Made by a program: the position numbers and the translations under genes. A stretch of 34,944 nt of DNA from Patescibacteria group bacterium. GTDB taxonomy: Bacteria; Patescibacteriota; Microgenomatia; Levybacterales; UBA12049. The DNA lies in NCBI GenBank assembly GCA_038058335.1, contig JBBUBI010000032.1:1-34944 (forward strand). Direction: 5' to 3'. A model generated the notes under the pieces. The model was given only the letters and a program-made list of their open reading frames with translations. It did no database searches and was not told where the DNA came from. Shown piece by piece: positions 1-8,505 of the stretch (positions are counted from its first letter, which is position 1; every line of letters begins with the position of its first letter).

Positions 1-2246
1 AATGAATAATTAGCTCTATATATTTTACTTATATTATCATCTATCAAAACTTTCCACCCTGGAAAAAAATTGTCAGATATAAAAAATATGTTATTTGATT
101 TTGTTTCTGCTGAAAATGTTACCTTATTGGGCGTATAATTTATAAGCCTTACCTCTCCCTTGCCTTTTTGAATAGGAATCTTCAGATCTTCTTCGAGAAT
201 AACTGTTTTTGGATCCCTATTGGGGTCGTAGAGTTTTGTAATTATTTTATCTCTGTTTTTTTCAATAAGAAAACTGTCTGTTAAAAAATATCTAGGAAGA
301 GCATTTTTGTTTTCATATATTTGAAAAGGCGCCTTTTGATAAACTAAACTATATTCACCTTGAGGAAAGAATTCGTAATCGGGATAATCTCCTTCTCCCA
401 AAAATTCATTCTTATTCAGAATAAATTTAACACCCAACATATCAAGTAAATTATCCCTGTAATAATTACCTTTTAATGATTCTCCGAAGGACGATACAAT
501 ACTTACATACCCTTTCGGAACAGATTCTATTTTTCCTTTATTACCTGAATTAACCAATTCTGAATATCTCTTGATAAATAAAGGGTCGTATCCATCCGGA
601 GAAAATATTCTCTCATGTGTTTGAATATTTGCTTCCATATATCCGTCTTCAAATCCCCACGACCTGTCCACTTTTTGAATTTCTTTTAATTTTGAAAGTA
701 CTGGAGCTTCGGGATAAAAGAATTCTCTTGGAGAGAATGGTGTGATCTTATTAAAAAAATAAAATTGCTCAAAAATCAACAATGTCATAAAAGCAAAAAT
801 AAAAAAAAGTTTCTTCTTAACGAATTGTGATAACGTCAGAAGAACAGCCCCGCCTATAAAAACAAAGGACGGAAGGATAAGATTATTTTTTGAAACTAAT
901 AAGCCTTTCAGAGATTCTTGATCCCTTACTATTTGAGGCATAAGTAATACATAACCCCATAAAATTATGTAAACTACCAATAGCGAAATAACTTGCGGAA
1001 TGAATCTAACCTTCACGGATTTTAACCAGGTATCAAATCCAATTGCGCTACATATAGCTCCGGAAAATACAAATAAATACATTATTCGAGTGGGAACCCC
1101 TGTACCGATTATTGGAATTCTAAAAGAATAAATAAAAACCGAAAGCGGGTTACTGGATGAAAGTAAAAGTATTACGACAGCTGATATTAAAAAAAACCAA
1201 AAAATTTTGGGAATATTCTTTCCAAAAGCTAACAGTAAAAATAAGATAGGAATAATTCCAAAATAAGAAACTCTTTCTATATATGTTCCATTAAGAAAAT
1301 AATTTCGCGTTGCAGGATTACCAAAAAAATCAGGAGCAAAAATAGTGACCAGATGAATTGGAGGAATTAAAAGTTTATTAATTGCATCTGGAGCAAAAAC
1401 TTCCCTAGCTGATTGAAAAAAAAGCTCAACAGTAGGAATAAGCTGAACTGAAGAAAGAAGTATGGGAACAATAAATAACGGAGCTAGACTTATAACCTCC
1501 TTGATAGTAAACTCTTTCTCCTGATACAATCTAAACCCAGAATAAATTAATGAAAAAATAAATAAATAAATAGTGGTTTGAATATACCCCGCAAAAATAG
1601 ACAAAGTAAGAGAAAATACAAGCAGTAATGAGACTGTAATTGTTTTCCTCTTGATGATTTTTTCAATTGAAAATAATGCTAAAGGTAACCAAATAATACT
1701 ATGCCCAACGTTTCCATATTCCATCCAAACAACCATGTAAGATGAAAATGAAAACACCAATCCGCCAAAAATAGAACTAATTTTTGAAAGTCTATGTTCC
1801 TTGAGAAAAAGGTAAGTAAAAAAAGACGACAGCATGGGCTGAGCAATGATATAAAGAGTCCATGCATCAAGTTTTGGAAATATTAGAAATAACAGATTGA
1901 ATGGATAGAAAAATCCGTTTTGAAAATTTGCTAAAAATGGGGTTCCGGAAAAATTGTATGGATTCCATAAAGGAATTTGCCAGTTTCTCAATGAATCTAC
2001 AGCAAACTCTTTCCAAGGAAAAAGCATCCTTAGAACATCAAAGCCTTGTCCTTTATTTGGTACGCCACCTGGAGCTATTCCAAGATAAGTATTACTGCTA
2101 TACGGAACATACTCTCCAGCCAGCAAATCACCTGGAAAAGGAATGAAACCTTTAAATACTGGCCAAAAAAAAGCTAGAACGATAAATATTATTAGAAATA
2201 ATACCCCATTCTCCCGAAGAAAATCCAAAACCTTTTTATGGTGCAT
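1..2246 (-). CDS. YfhO-family-like GT-C membrane glycosyltransferase, 3'-partial (C-terminus lies beyond base 1)
   Basis: Manual minus-strand translation from ATG at 2246..2244 gives MHHKKVLDFLRENGVLFLIIFIVLAFFWPVFKGFIPFPGDLLAGEYVPYSSNTYLGIAPGG...RNWQIPLWNPYNFSGTPFLANFQNGFFYPFNLLFLIF. It is hydrophobic and multi-pass. I checked the frame as open at 1620-2246 and 3-122. A stop anywhere would have produced a listed ORF, and none is listed. The start is 1 nt after the upstream gene's stop. Confidence 0.7.
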   Translation of the reverse strand, partial: MHHKKVLDFLRENGVLFLIIFIVLAFFWPVFKGFIPFPGDLLAGEYVPYSSNTYLGIAPGGVPNKGQGFDVLRMLFPWKEFAVDSLRNWQIPLWNPYNFSGTPFLANFQNGFFYPFNLLFLIFPKLDAWTLYIIAQPMLSSFFTYLFLKEHRLSKISSIFGGLVFSFSSYMVVWMEYGNVGHSIIWLPLALFSIEKIIKRKTITVSLLLVFSLTLSIFAGYIQTTIYLFIFSLIYSGFRLYQEKEFTIKEVISLAPLFIVPILLSSVQLIPTVELFFQSAREVFAPDAINKLLIPPIHLVTIFAPDFFGNPATRNYFLNGTYIERVSYFGIIPILFLLLAFGKNIPKIFWFFLISAVVILLLSSSNPLSVFIYSFRIPIIGTGVPTRIMYLFVFSGAICSAIGFDTWLKSVKVRFIPQVISLLVVYIILWGYVLLMPQIVRDQESLKGLLVSKNNLILPSFVFIGGAVLLTLSQFVKKKLFFIFAFMTLLIFEQFYFFNKITPFSPREFFYPEAPVLSKLKEIQKVDRSWGFEDGYMEANIQTHERIFSPDGYDPLFIKRYSELVNSGNKGKIESVPKGYVSIVSSFGESLKGNYYRDNLLDMLGVKFILNKNEFLGEGDYPDYEFFPQGEYSLVYQKAPFQIYENKNALPRYFLTDSFLIEKNRDKIITKLYDPNRDPKTVILEEDLKIPIQKGKGEVRLINYTPNKVTFSAETKSNNIFFISDNFFPGWKVLIDDNISKIYRANYS

Positions 2247-2247
2247 G

Positions 2248-3768
2248 TTAAGAAGACTTAACTATATACAAAATACTGTATGAACTTTCTCTCCCCTTGC
2301 TAACTCTTAAAACCTCTTCAACCGGCCACAGCTTGATCAAATCTTCAAATTCTTTTTGACTAGAGACGAAAACATACACCGGCATTTTTTTTGATTTTTC
2401 TATGAATTCTTTCGGAATTTCGGAGGGAACGGGAAAAATTCCCTGTTTATCTATATTCTTATTTGTTCCGAGATATATCTCGACAGAATAAGTTGGCAAA
2501 GATCCAAATGTGCCGGGAGATACAACGAAAATTTTCTGCTTTTTTGATTCATGATCTAGATAAGAAACGATTTCTTTTATTCCTCCACCCGCTGGCCAAT
2601 CGTTTATGTATTGCCCCAGATCAGGCCCAGCAATTGGAGCATTTTTAAAATCGGTAAGCACAAAATAATCAGCTTTGAAAAAAAATATAAGAAAAACTCC
2701 TATTATTAATAAACTCAGGTATTTGTTTTTTAATCTTTCAAACATACTGAAAATTGAAAAACCTACCAAAGGAAGTAAAGGAAGAGTCATAAAAAAGATA
2801 AACCTGGGATAAATAGTTTTTCCAAAAAATATAAGAGCTACGAATGGAATCAGAAACCAGATCACAAGAAGCAGTTTCTCTCTTAAGAATTTGAAATTGA
2901 TAAAAAAAGATAGAATTGTAAGAAGAAAAACAGGCCATGTAAAGTACGTAATAAACCAATTCCAGAGACCTGAAAGATTGCTCTGCAAATAAGTGAATGG
3001 ATGCATCATCCATTCACTTATAGGATATACGAAGAGTGCATTTTTCTCACCTATTATATAAAAGAATGGCGAAAGTCTTAAGATGAAATAGAATCCGTAA
3101 GCCACAGATACTGTAATCAATGATAAAATTATCCATTTTAATAATTTCGAAATTACATTCTTCCTTTCAAAGCCAAAGAGGAGAAGCGTAGATGGCAAAA
3201 GATAAATGCTGAAAAAACCGGAAGTTTTGGTTAGAATCCCACCGCCTATTATCATTCCCAAAATAAGTGCTATATCTAGACGTAATCTTCTAATAAGAAG
3301 AACCTCAAAATAAAGCCCCCAGATGATAAACATTCCAACCAAGCTATCATATAGAGCCATGCGATCATAAACTAATGCAAATGGGTAAATTACATACAGA
3401 AAGGCAGAGATAAGCCCGATTCGTATGTTCTTAAACAGCTCGTTTGCTAAAAAGAAGAGACCTATCATTGTAAAAAAACCGGCAAAGACCGAAACAAGTC
3501 TGGAAGCTAAGAGAGGATCATCGACAATTCGCATTATATTCATCGCGATCCATACGAACATTGGTTGCTTACCATCTGTAAGCGAGATGAATCTCCAAGC
3601 CGCATCTTGTCTTGCTATTTGGGACCATCTGACGTAGATCGCCTCATCCGTAAAGATAGGCAAAGACATAATGTTGTAAAGTCTAAGCAGAAAATATAAA
3701 ATTCCCAATCCAAAGACTATCAATATCTCAAGCTTGTATTTAAGAAGAGCTTTTTGAATTAAATTCAT
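2248..3768 (-). CDS. GT39/ArnT/PMT-like GT-C glycosyltransferase (polyprenyl-phosphate-sugar dependent)
   Basis: 506-aa multi-pass membrane protein. The N-terminal TM is followed by a loop with SLPIFTDEAIYVRW (the acidic DE motif typical of the first periplasmic loop of ArnT/PMT-type enzymes). There is a soluble C-terminal domain. ATG start. Confidence 0.72.
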   Translation of the reverse strand: MNLIQKALLKYKLEILIVFGLGILYFLLRLYNIMSLPIFTDEAIYVRWSQIARQDAAWRFISLTDGKQPMFVWIAMNIMRIVDDPLLASRLVSVFAGFFTMIGLFFLANELFKNIRIGLISAFLYVIYPFALVYDRMALYDSLVGMFIIWGLYFEVLLIRRLRLDIALILGMIIGGGILTKTSGFFSIYLLPSTLLLFGFERKNVISKLLKWIILSLITVSVAYGFYFILRLSPFFYIIGEKNALFVYPISEWMMHPFTYLQSNLSGLWNWFITYFTWPVFLLTILSFFINFKFLREKLLLVIWFLIPFVALIFFGKTIYPRFIFFMTLPLLPLVGFSIFSMFERLKNKYLSLLIIGVFLIFFFKADYFVLTDFKNAPIAGPDLGQYINDWPAGGGIKEIVSYLDHESKKQKIFVVSPGTFGSLPTYSVEIYLGTNKNIDKQGIFPVPSEIPKEFIEKSKKMPVYVFVSSQKEFEDLIKLWPVEEVLRVSKGRESSYSILYIVKSS

Positions 3769-3781
3769 ATAGTATATTTTA

Positions 3782-4948
3782 TCATTTCCTATCCCAGTTA
3801 AGTAATCTTGCGATACTACAGTAAAAAAGATAAATCAAGAACCCACCAATTGTTAACCAAAGCAAAATCTGGGGAATTGGTTCATTCCAGTCTCCTATAT
3901 AAATATATGGTAAGTATTGTGCCAGCGCAAAGAAGGATAAGATTAAACCTGCTCCCATCGCATAACTTTTGCTTGGGATTAGACTTGCAAACGGCAGGAT
4001 AAGCATAAGATACCAAGGCTGAAAATTAGTACGTATCACAACTAAGATTAGGGGAATAAACATCGCGAAAAAAAGTATATTTAAAAATCCCTCTTTCGAA
4101 ATATTTTTCTTTTGAATAAAAAACAATAAAAATACAGGAATCAGAATGCCCGTAGCAAACTTTATACCAACTGACAGTAAGATAGAAATAAGCGAGAAAA
4201 TATATTTATTCATGAGAGCAAGATATACTGCAAATATTGCAAGGAACATCATTGAAATATCATTATGTGAAGACACCAAGCTTTCAATCAGAACAAGTGG
4301 ATTTAAAGCAAAAAAAGCTATTCCAAGTACTTCTTTTTTCGGAGAAACAATTTTAAGTATCTTCCCAATAAAGTATGCAGTTCCAAGAAAGCACACTGAA
4401 GTCAAGATTTTAAACATAAAGAAAGTTGGAAGAAAAACATTAAATCCTATGTATGAAAGGGGGATGGTCAAAGCAAGCCAAATGGGTCCATATGGATAGT
4501 ATCTGTGAGTCCAATGCATAAAAGACAGCATTGGATCTCCGAGATAGTCCAGGGCCTTATGGATATAAGGATTTTGTTGATAAAAAGTTACGATCTTTGC
4601 ATCAAAAATATAGTTGAATAGATCATAAGAAAAAGCATTATAGGAAAAAGTTAGAATTGCGGTTGTTATCAAAATCAAGATCCATAATTGCTTTTTGTTA
4701 ATTAAATTAACTCTCGCAAGTTTTAGAAATAAAATATAAAAAGTGAACATAGATATCACAATAACCGAATACAAAACTGCAGAGAGTGGTCTATTGAAAT
4801 AACCGATTTGCTGAAAAAATTTTTGCACTGTCTGCCACCATGAAGCTTCAGATAAAGTAAGACTAAGATCTACCTGAGTAAAAGAATAAAAAAATAGCGA
4901 GATTATGACAAATAAGTATCCTATGCTTAATGTCTTGAAATTAAACAT
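3782..4948 (-). CDS. Polytopic membrane protein, possible GT-C (DUF2029/GT87-like) transferase
   Basis: 388 aa, about 10 predicted TM segments. The HRYYPYGPIWLALTIPL segment resembles GT87/DUF2029 loops. The start codon directly abuts the stop of the upstream GT2 gene (4949/4948). Confidence 0.45.
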   Translation of the reverse strand: MFNFKTLSIGYLFVIISLFFYSFTQVDLSLTLSEASWWQTVQKFFQQIGYFNRPLSAVLYSVIVISMFTFYILFLKLARVNLINKKQLWILILITTAILTFSYNAFSYDLFNYIFDAKIVTFYQQNPYIHKALDYLGDPMLSFMHWTHRYYPYGPIWLALTIPLSYIGFNVFLPTFFMFKILTSVCFLGTAYFIGKILKIVSPKKEVLGIAFFALNPLVLIESLVSSHNDISMMFLAIFAVYLALMNKYIFSLISILLSVGIKFATGILIPVFLLFFIQKKNISKEGFLNILFFAMFIPLILVVIRTNFQPWYLMLILPFASLIPSKSYAMGAGLILSFFALAQYLPYIYIGDWNEPIPQILLWLTIGGFLIYLFYCSIARLLNWDRK

Positions 4949-5722
4949 CTAATCGTAGATACCTTTCGATGAATTAATTCTAATTTTGAAGAGATCAATC
5001 AATCCATCTAGCGAATCTCGAAAAGGGCTCACTCTTCTTGTCTCTACATACAGCCAATCAACTGGAACTTCTTTTATCTTGAGATCCATTTTTTGAGCAA
5101 TATGCAAGAGCTCAACATCAAAACCCGCTGCGACTTTGGAACCCGAAACATTCCTGAATCCTTTATTAATTTCATTAATTTTCTTGAATAGTTGCTTTGC
5201 GGCAGCATTTTTGAACGCTTTGAATCCACACTGAGTATCCGAAATTCCTGTAATGCCCACAATAGCCGAACGCAAAACTACCATTCCTTTTGCCATAACA
5301 ACTCTTGTAAAAGGCGCTCCTTTTCTTCTATTTCTCGAGCCAATCACGATATCATATCCCTGTCTGCCGGCAGGCAAGGCTTTTTCAAAGTGAGGCAATA
5401 ATTTTTCAATTTCTTCTATTGGGGTCGCCTGATCCATGTCTGTAAAAAGAACTATGTCGCCTTTTGCATCCAAAACTCCTTTTGTAACTGCTCCAGCCTT
5501 ACCGGAATGATTATTTTTTATTAACCTAAATAGCTCGTTTTCTTTTACAAAATTTTCTACAAACTCCGTGCTTCCGTCAGTTGAGCCATCGTCGACAACG
5601 ATAACCTCCCATGTGTAATCTCTTTTCGTAAGATAATGCTCAACTTTATCCAGAACTCCCTTCTGAAGATTGGCCATTTCATTATAAGAGGGAATAATTA
5701 CGGAAAGATAGATTTTGCTCAC
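4949..5722 (-). CDS. GT2 polyprenyl-phosphate glycosyltransferase (DPM1/GtrB/CsbB/ArnC-like)
   Basis: LSVIIPSYNEMANL...VIVVDDGSTDGS...FTDMD is the classic GT-A/GT2 signature. Small soluble-type enzyme of 257 aa. GTG start at 5722. Confidence 0.85.
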   Translation of the reverse strand: MSKIYLSVIIPSYNEMANLQKGVLDKVEHYLTKRDYTWEVIVVDDGSTDGSTEFVENFVKENELFRLIKNNHSGKAGAVTKGVLDAKGDIVLFTDMDQATPIEEIEKLLPHFEKALPAGRQGYDIVIGSRNRRKGAPFTRVVMAKGMVVLRSAIVGITGISDTQCGFKAFKNAAAKQLFKKINEINKGFRNVSGSKVAAGFDVELLHIAQKMDLKIKEVPVDWLYVETRRVSPFRDSLDGLIDLFKIRINSSKGIYD

Positions 5723-5786
5723 ACAAAAATTATACTAAAAAAGGTTGTTTAAAGCTATTGTTTGATGTAAAATTAAGGGGCTAAGC

Positions 5787-5858
5787 GGCCCCATAGTCTA
5801 GTGGTTAGGACACCAGGTTCTCATCCTGGGGACCCGGATTCGAATTCCGGTGGGGTCA
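5787..5858 (+). tRNA. tRNA-Glu (anticodon CUC)
   Basis: Hand-folded cloverleaf. Acceptor GGCCCCA/TGGGGTC (one G-U), D arm GTCT/GGAC, anticodon stem CCAGG/CCTGG with loop TTCTCAT, 4-nt variable loop, T arm CCGGA-TTCGAAT-TCCGG, discriminator A. CCA is not fully encoded. Confidence 0.9.
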
Positions 5859-5897
5859 CCCTTCGACAAGCTCAGGGTTTTACACCATAATAATTTT

Positions 5898-6197
5898 ATG
5901 GTTTGGTTTACATATTTTCTTCTTTGCGATAAGAAAACTTATTATATTGGCTTAACTCACAATTTAACTCAAAGGATTTTCTCACATAAATCAAAACAGA
6001 ATATTGCTACAAAAGAGTTTTCTTACCTGGAATTAGTTTATTCGGAACAATATGCAACTCGAAGAGAAGCAGAAAAACGCGAACAACAGCTGAAACGCTG
6101 GGCTCATGCAAAGAAGAAGGCTTTAGTTGAGGGTAATTTGAAACTATTAAAACGACTTAGTAAAACCCGGAGTTTGTCTAAGGATAATCTCGGTTAG
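5898..6197 (+). CDS. Small stand-alone GIY-YIG (URI-domain) nuclease family protein
   Basis: MVWFTYFLLCDKKTYYIGLTHNLTQRIFSH...ATRREAEKREQQLKRW shows GIY / YIG / Arg / Glu spacing typical of about 100-aa GIY-YIG proteins. The track's GTG start at 5850 lies inside the tRNA. ATG 5898 is preceded by TCGACA-17-CATAAT-6. Confidence 0.8.
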   Translation: MVWFTYFLLCDKKTYYIGLTHNLTQRIFSHKSKQNIATKEFSYLELVYSEQYATRREAEKREQQLKRWAHAKKKALVEGNLKLLKRLSKTRSLSKDNLG

Positions 6198-6209
6198 ATA
6201 GTGAGCCTG

Positions 6210-6232
6210 TCGAACCATTCCGGTGGGATCAC
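6210..6232 (+). repeat. Degenerate partial copy of the tRNA-Glu 3' end (T-arm 3' half plus acceptor 3' strand)
   Basis: tcgaaccATTCCGGTGGGaTCAC here versus ttcgaATTCCGGTGGGgTCAC at 5840-5859. The core ATTCCGGTGGGnTCAC differs at one base. It is embedded in a hairpin AGCCTGT(6204-6210)/ACAGGCT(6231-6237). Confidence 0.6.
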
Positions 6233-6714
6233 AGGCTTATTTTCTTTTCATGCTCCTTCTGTCTCCATTCGTCCCAAACTTTGCTTGCTTCCTTTTCAAG
6301 CACACGCCCAACAATTAAAGGAGGTTTTGTATAAAAATTCCTTATTTTCTCTAATCTTTTGTCTTGCAAAATCTTAAAATGACTAGAACCTCCCATAATA
6401 GGAGAATGTACCGCAAAAACTACCTTCTTAAACTTTAGCTCTCTAATCATGAAAGAACACATAGGACAGGGCTCTGTGCTTGCATAAATAGTACAATCTG
6501 ATAGATTTTGTGTGCTTAAAACCTTTTGAGCTTTTTTTATAACCACCATTTCAGCATGAGAAGTAATATCCCCATCCTTTTTGGTTCTGTTTTCTGATTC
6601 AGCAATAATCCTGCCAGCTTTTACTATTAAGCTTCCAAATGGAAGTTCTCCGTCTTTCAGAGATTTTTTGGAAAGTTCAATACATCTTCTAATATAAAGG
6701 TCATCTCTCTTCAT
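6229..6714 (-). CDS. CMP/dCMP-type zinc deaminase (TadA / guanine deaminase-like)
   Basis: SHAEMVVI ... TEPCPMCSFMI gives the H-A-E and PCxxC zinc ligands. 161 aa. Confidence 0.85.
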   Translation of the reverse strand: MKRDDLYIRRCIELSKKSLKDGELPFGSLIVKAGRIIAESENRTKKDGDITSHAEMVVIKKAQKVLSTQNLSDCTIYASTEPCPMCSFMIRELKFKKVVFAVHSPIMGGSSHFKILQDKRLEKIRNFYTKPPLIVGRVLEKEASKVWDEWRQKEHEKKISL

Positions 6715-6905
6715 TCAGGCAATTATACCACCGATTCTAATTCCTATTGGGGGAAGGCTTGAGATTGAAACGCTAGCCTTGAGACGTCTTCACCAAATAA
6801 GCGATTAAGTTTTGCAAGTTCAGGAATAACATAATTCCGTGCTGTCACTCGATGGCTCACAGTCTTAAATCGTTAAACCAAGCTAATTAAGAAAGCATTT
6901 CAAAA

Positions 6906-7718
6906 TTATGCGTTTGGTTGATTTTCGAAAAACGCTCTAAGTCTTCCTTTCATCTTACTCTGCGTACCTCTACCAGTTCCAAACCTAGTTGTGGCTGTAT
7001 CATATATTGCACCCTGCTCGGCCAGACTAAGTTCGAGAGCTACGGTTTTACTTTCCTCTATAGCCTTTCCTAAATTCCCGTGATAGGCAGTCTTTGCTCT
7101 TCCAACGGTAATTCCATGAGAATCACTGCTTGAAATAGCAGCTCCGAGTTTTTCTTTATGCTGTAAATAATATTCCAATGAGAGCCTATTGGTATCATCA
7201 CCACTACCACCCCTTGCATCAAATATATCCTGAGCGCCTTGTGAATATACTTCAAAACCATCAAAATATAACTCCCACGAATCATCACAAGTAACACTAT
7301 TTAAAGCCTCTTCTGACAGACTCAGCGGTCTATTGCCGGCTGTCCGGAGAAACGGATGAGGCACAATAACTAAACCTCCCTGACGGTGAATATCATAAAT
7401 TGCCTGCTCAAGCCTAACACTACCTATTGGCTCTCTGACATAGAGTCCTACAATGTGTCCTTTATCAGTGCTTATTTCAATTCCGGTAACTATCTCGATA
7501 GGCTTTTTGTTCTTCGCTGCGTACTCCTTTGCAATTTCTGCACCGAAGACAATATGATGATCTGTCACGGCAACAACATTTAAGTCTGTTTCTGATATTA
7601 AATCAACTAGTTCTTCTGGGTCCAGACCGCCTCCCCTGCTATCAGGCGATAAATTAGTATGCACATGCAGATCCGCAAGCTTCATTCCTTCTTCATACTT
7701 TCCGAAAACTTCTTTCAT
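6906..7718 (-). CDS. PHP-domain phosphoesterase, TrpH/YciV-like
   Basis: ADLHVHTNLSPDSRGG..DPEELV...VVAVTDHH...VTGIEIST.KGHIVGLY...VIVPHPF are the metal-ligand motifs of the PHP family in the TrpH-like arrangement. Confidence 0.8.
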   Translation of the reverse strand: MKEVFGKYEEGMKLADLHVHTNLSPDSRGGGLDPEELVDLISETDLNVVAVTDHHIVFGAEIAKEYAAKNKKPIEIVTGIEISTDKGHIVGLYVREPIGSVRLEQAIYDIHRQGGLVIVPHPFLRTAGNRPLSLSEEALNSVTCDDSWELYFDGFEVYSQGAQDIFDARGGSGDDTNRLSLEYYLQHKEKLGAAISSSDSHGITVGRAKTAYHGNLGKAIEESKTVALELSLAEQGAIYDTATTRFGTGRGTQSKMKGRLRAFFENQPNA

Positions 7719-7719
7719 A

Positions 7720-8481
7720 TCAATAAATTATTGCGTAGGAGACTATAGTATCTGATACGCTCCTCTGGATGTGAATCCTCCAACTGCTGTATCCCAATTC
7801 ACGAGCTCTGGCTAGGGCTCCGCCGGTTAGATTTGCTTCTGATCCGATTATTTCTACATCGGTAAAAGCCACACCATCTCGCCAGAAACCTGTTCCCAAA
7901 GCCTTAGCCAAAGCCTCTTTACCTGCCCACTTCTCAGTCAGTATCTCCATATCGCCGCTTGACTCATCTATCTCACTCTGCGTATATTGTCTTTTCAAAA
8001 ACCGATCACCGTGTTTTCCAATTGCTTCTGTGATCCTATCTACCGATGCTATATCCAAGCCTATTCCGGGAGATGGTAAATTCTGAGGACTTGATAACAC
8101 CATTGCTGCTGCTAAATCGGCATCATGAGCTATGCTTATGTGTATTCTTTTGGGTCCTGCTGAATGCTCTGCCCACCCTGAAAGTCTTACTGCTGGCTGT
8201 CCGGAGGAAAGCGGCTCAATGCTAACGTCGTGGGGATTTAAATATCTTAAGACCTGACTAATCGCGATCTTGCCGGCGTGTCTGCCTGCGAGTTTTTCTG
8301 GCTTATCTTCACAATGTAATCTTTCTTCAGAAGTGAATTGTTCGGAAACTAGGCTAGGATTTAACAATAGCTGTTTTTCGAAACCTGAAACCACAACGAC
8401 TGCTGTCCCTATTTCGTAAGGAATTTCGCCTGTTTCTTTGGGAAACAATTTATTGGCGATGTCGACTCCCTCTATTCCCAC
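7720..8481 (-). CDS. 4'-phosphopantetheinyl transferase built from two tandem AcpS-like domains
   Basis: The C-terminal half has GIGLDIASVDRI...FTQSEI...KWAGKEALAKALGTG...FTDVEI, which is AcpS-like. The N-terminal half repeats the pattern: GIEGVDI...FTSEER...LAGRHAGKIAISQVL...ISIAHDADLAAAMV. GTG start. Its stop is 1 nt before the PHP gene start. Confidence 0.7.
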   Translation of the reverse strand: MGIEGVDIANKLFPKETGEIPYEIGTAVVVVSGFEKQLLLNPSLVSEQFTSEERLHCEDKPEKLAGRHAGKIAISQVLRYLNPHDVSIEPLSSGQPAVRLSGWAEHSAGPKRIHISIAHDADLAAAMVLSSPQNLPSPGIGLDIASVDRITEAIGKHGDRFLKRQYTQSEIDESSGDMEILTEKWAGKEALAKALGTGFWRDGVAFTDVEIIGSEANLTGGALARARELGYSSWRIHIQRSVSDTIVSYAIIY

Positions 8482-8505
8482 AGACGTGATTATACCACGA
8501 TAAAA

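Noticed and set aside
1-2246. No ORF is listed in the track for 1-1678. I considered a pseudogene, a non-coding region or an alternative genetic code.
   Set aside because: Manual translation shows one uninterrupted minus-strand frame from ATG 2246 to the window edge under the standard code. It is absent from the track only because it has no in-window stop. The listed 1679-1870 and 1901-2146 ORFs are off-frame shadows.
5850-5897. GTG-initiated N-terminal extension (MGSPFDKLRVLHHNNF) of the GIY-YIG ORF.
   Set aside because: It begins inside the tRNA-Glu acceptor stem. The GIY-YIG domain starts right after ATG 5898, which has a well-spaced promoter.
5723-6240. I considered whether the tRNA-adjacent region is a classical integrase-borne genomic island.
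   Set aside because: There is no integrase or recombinase, and only about 350 bp lies between the tRNA and its partial copy. I report it instead as a mini-cassette.
6755-6795. The minus-strand sequence GTTTCAATCTCAAGCC... resembles the start of a CRISPR repeat.
   Set aside because: There is only one copy and no repeat-spacer periodicity anywhere in the window.
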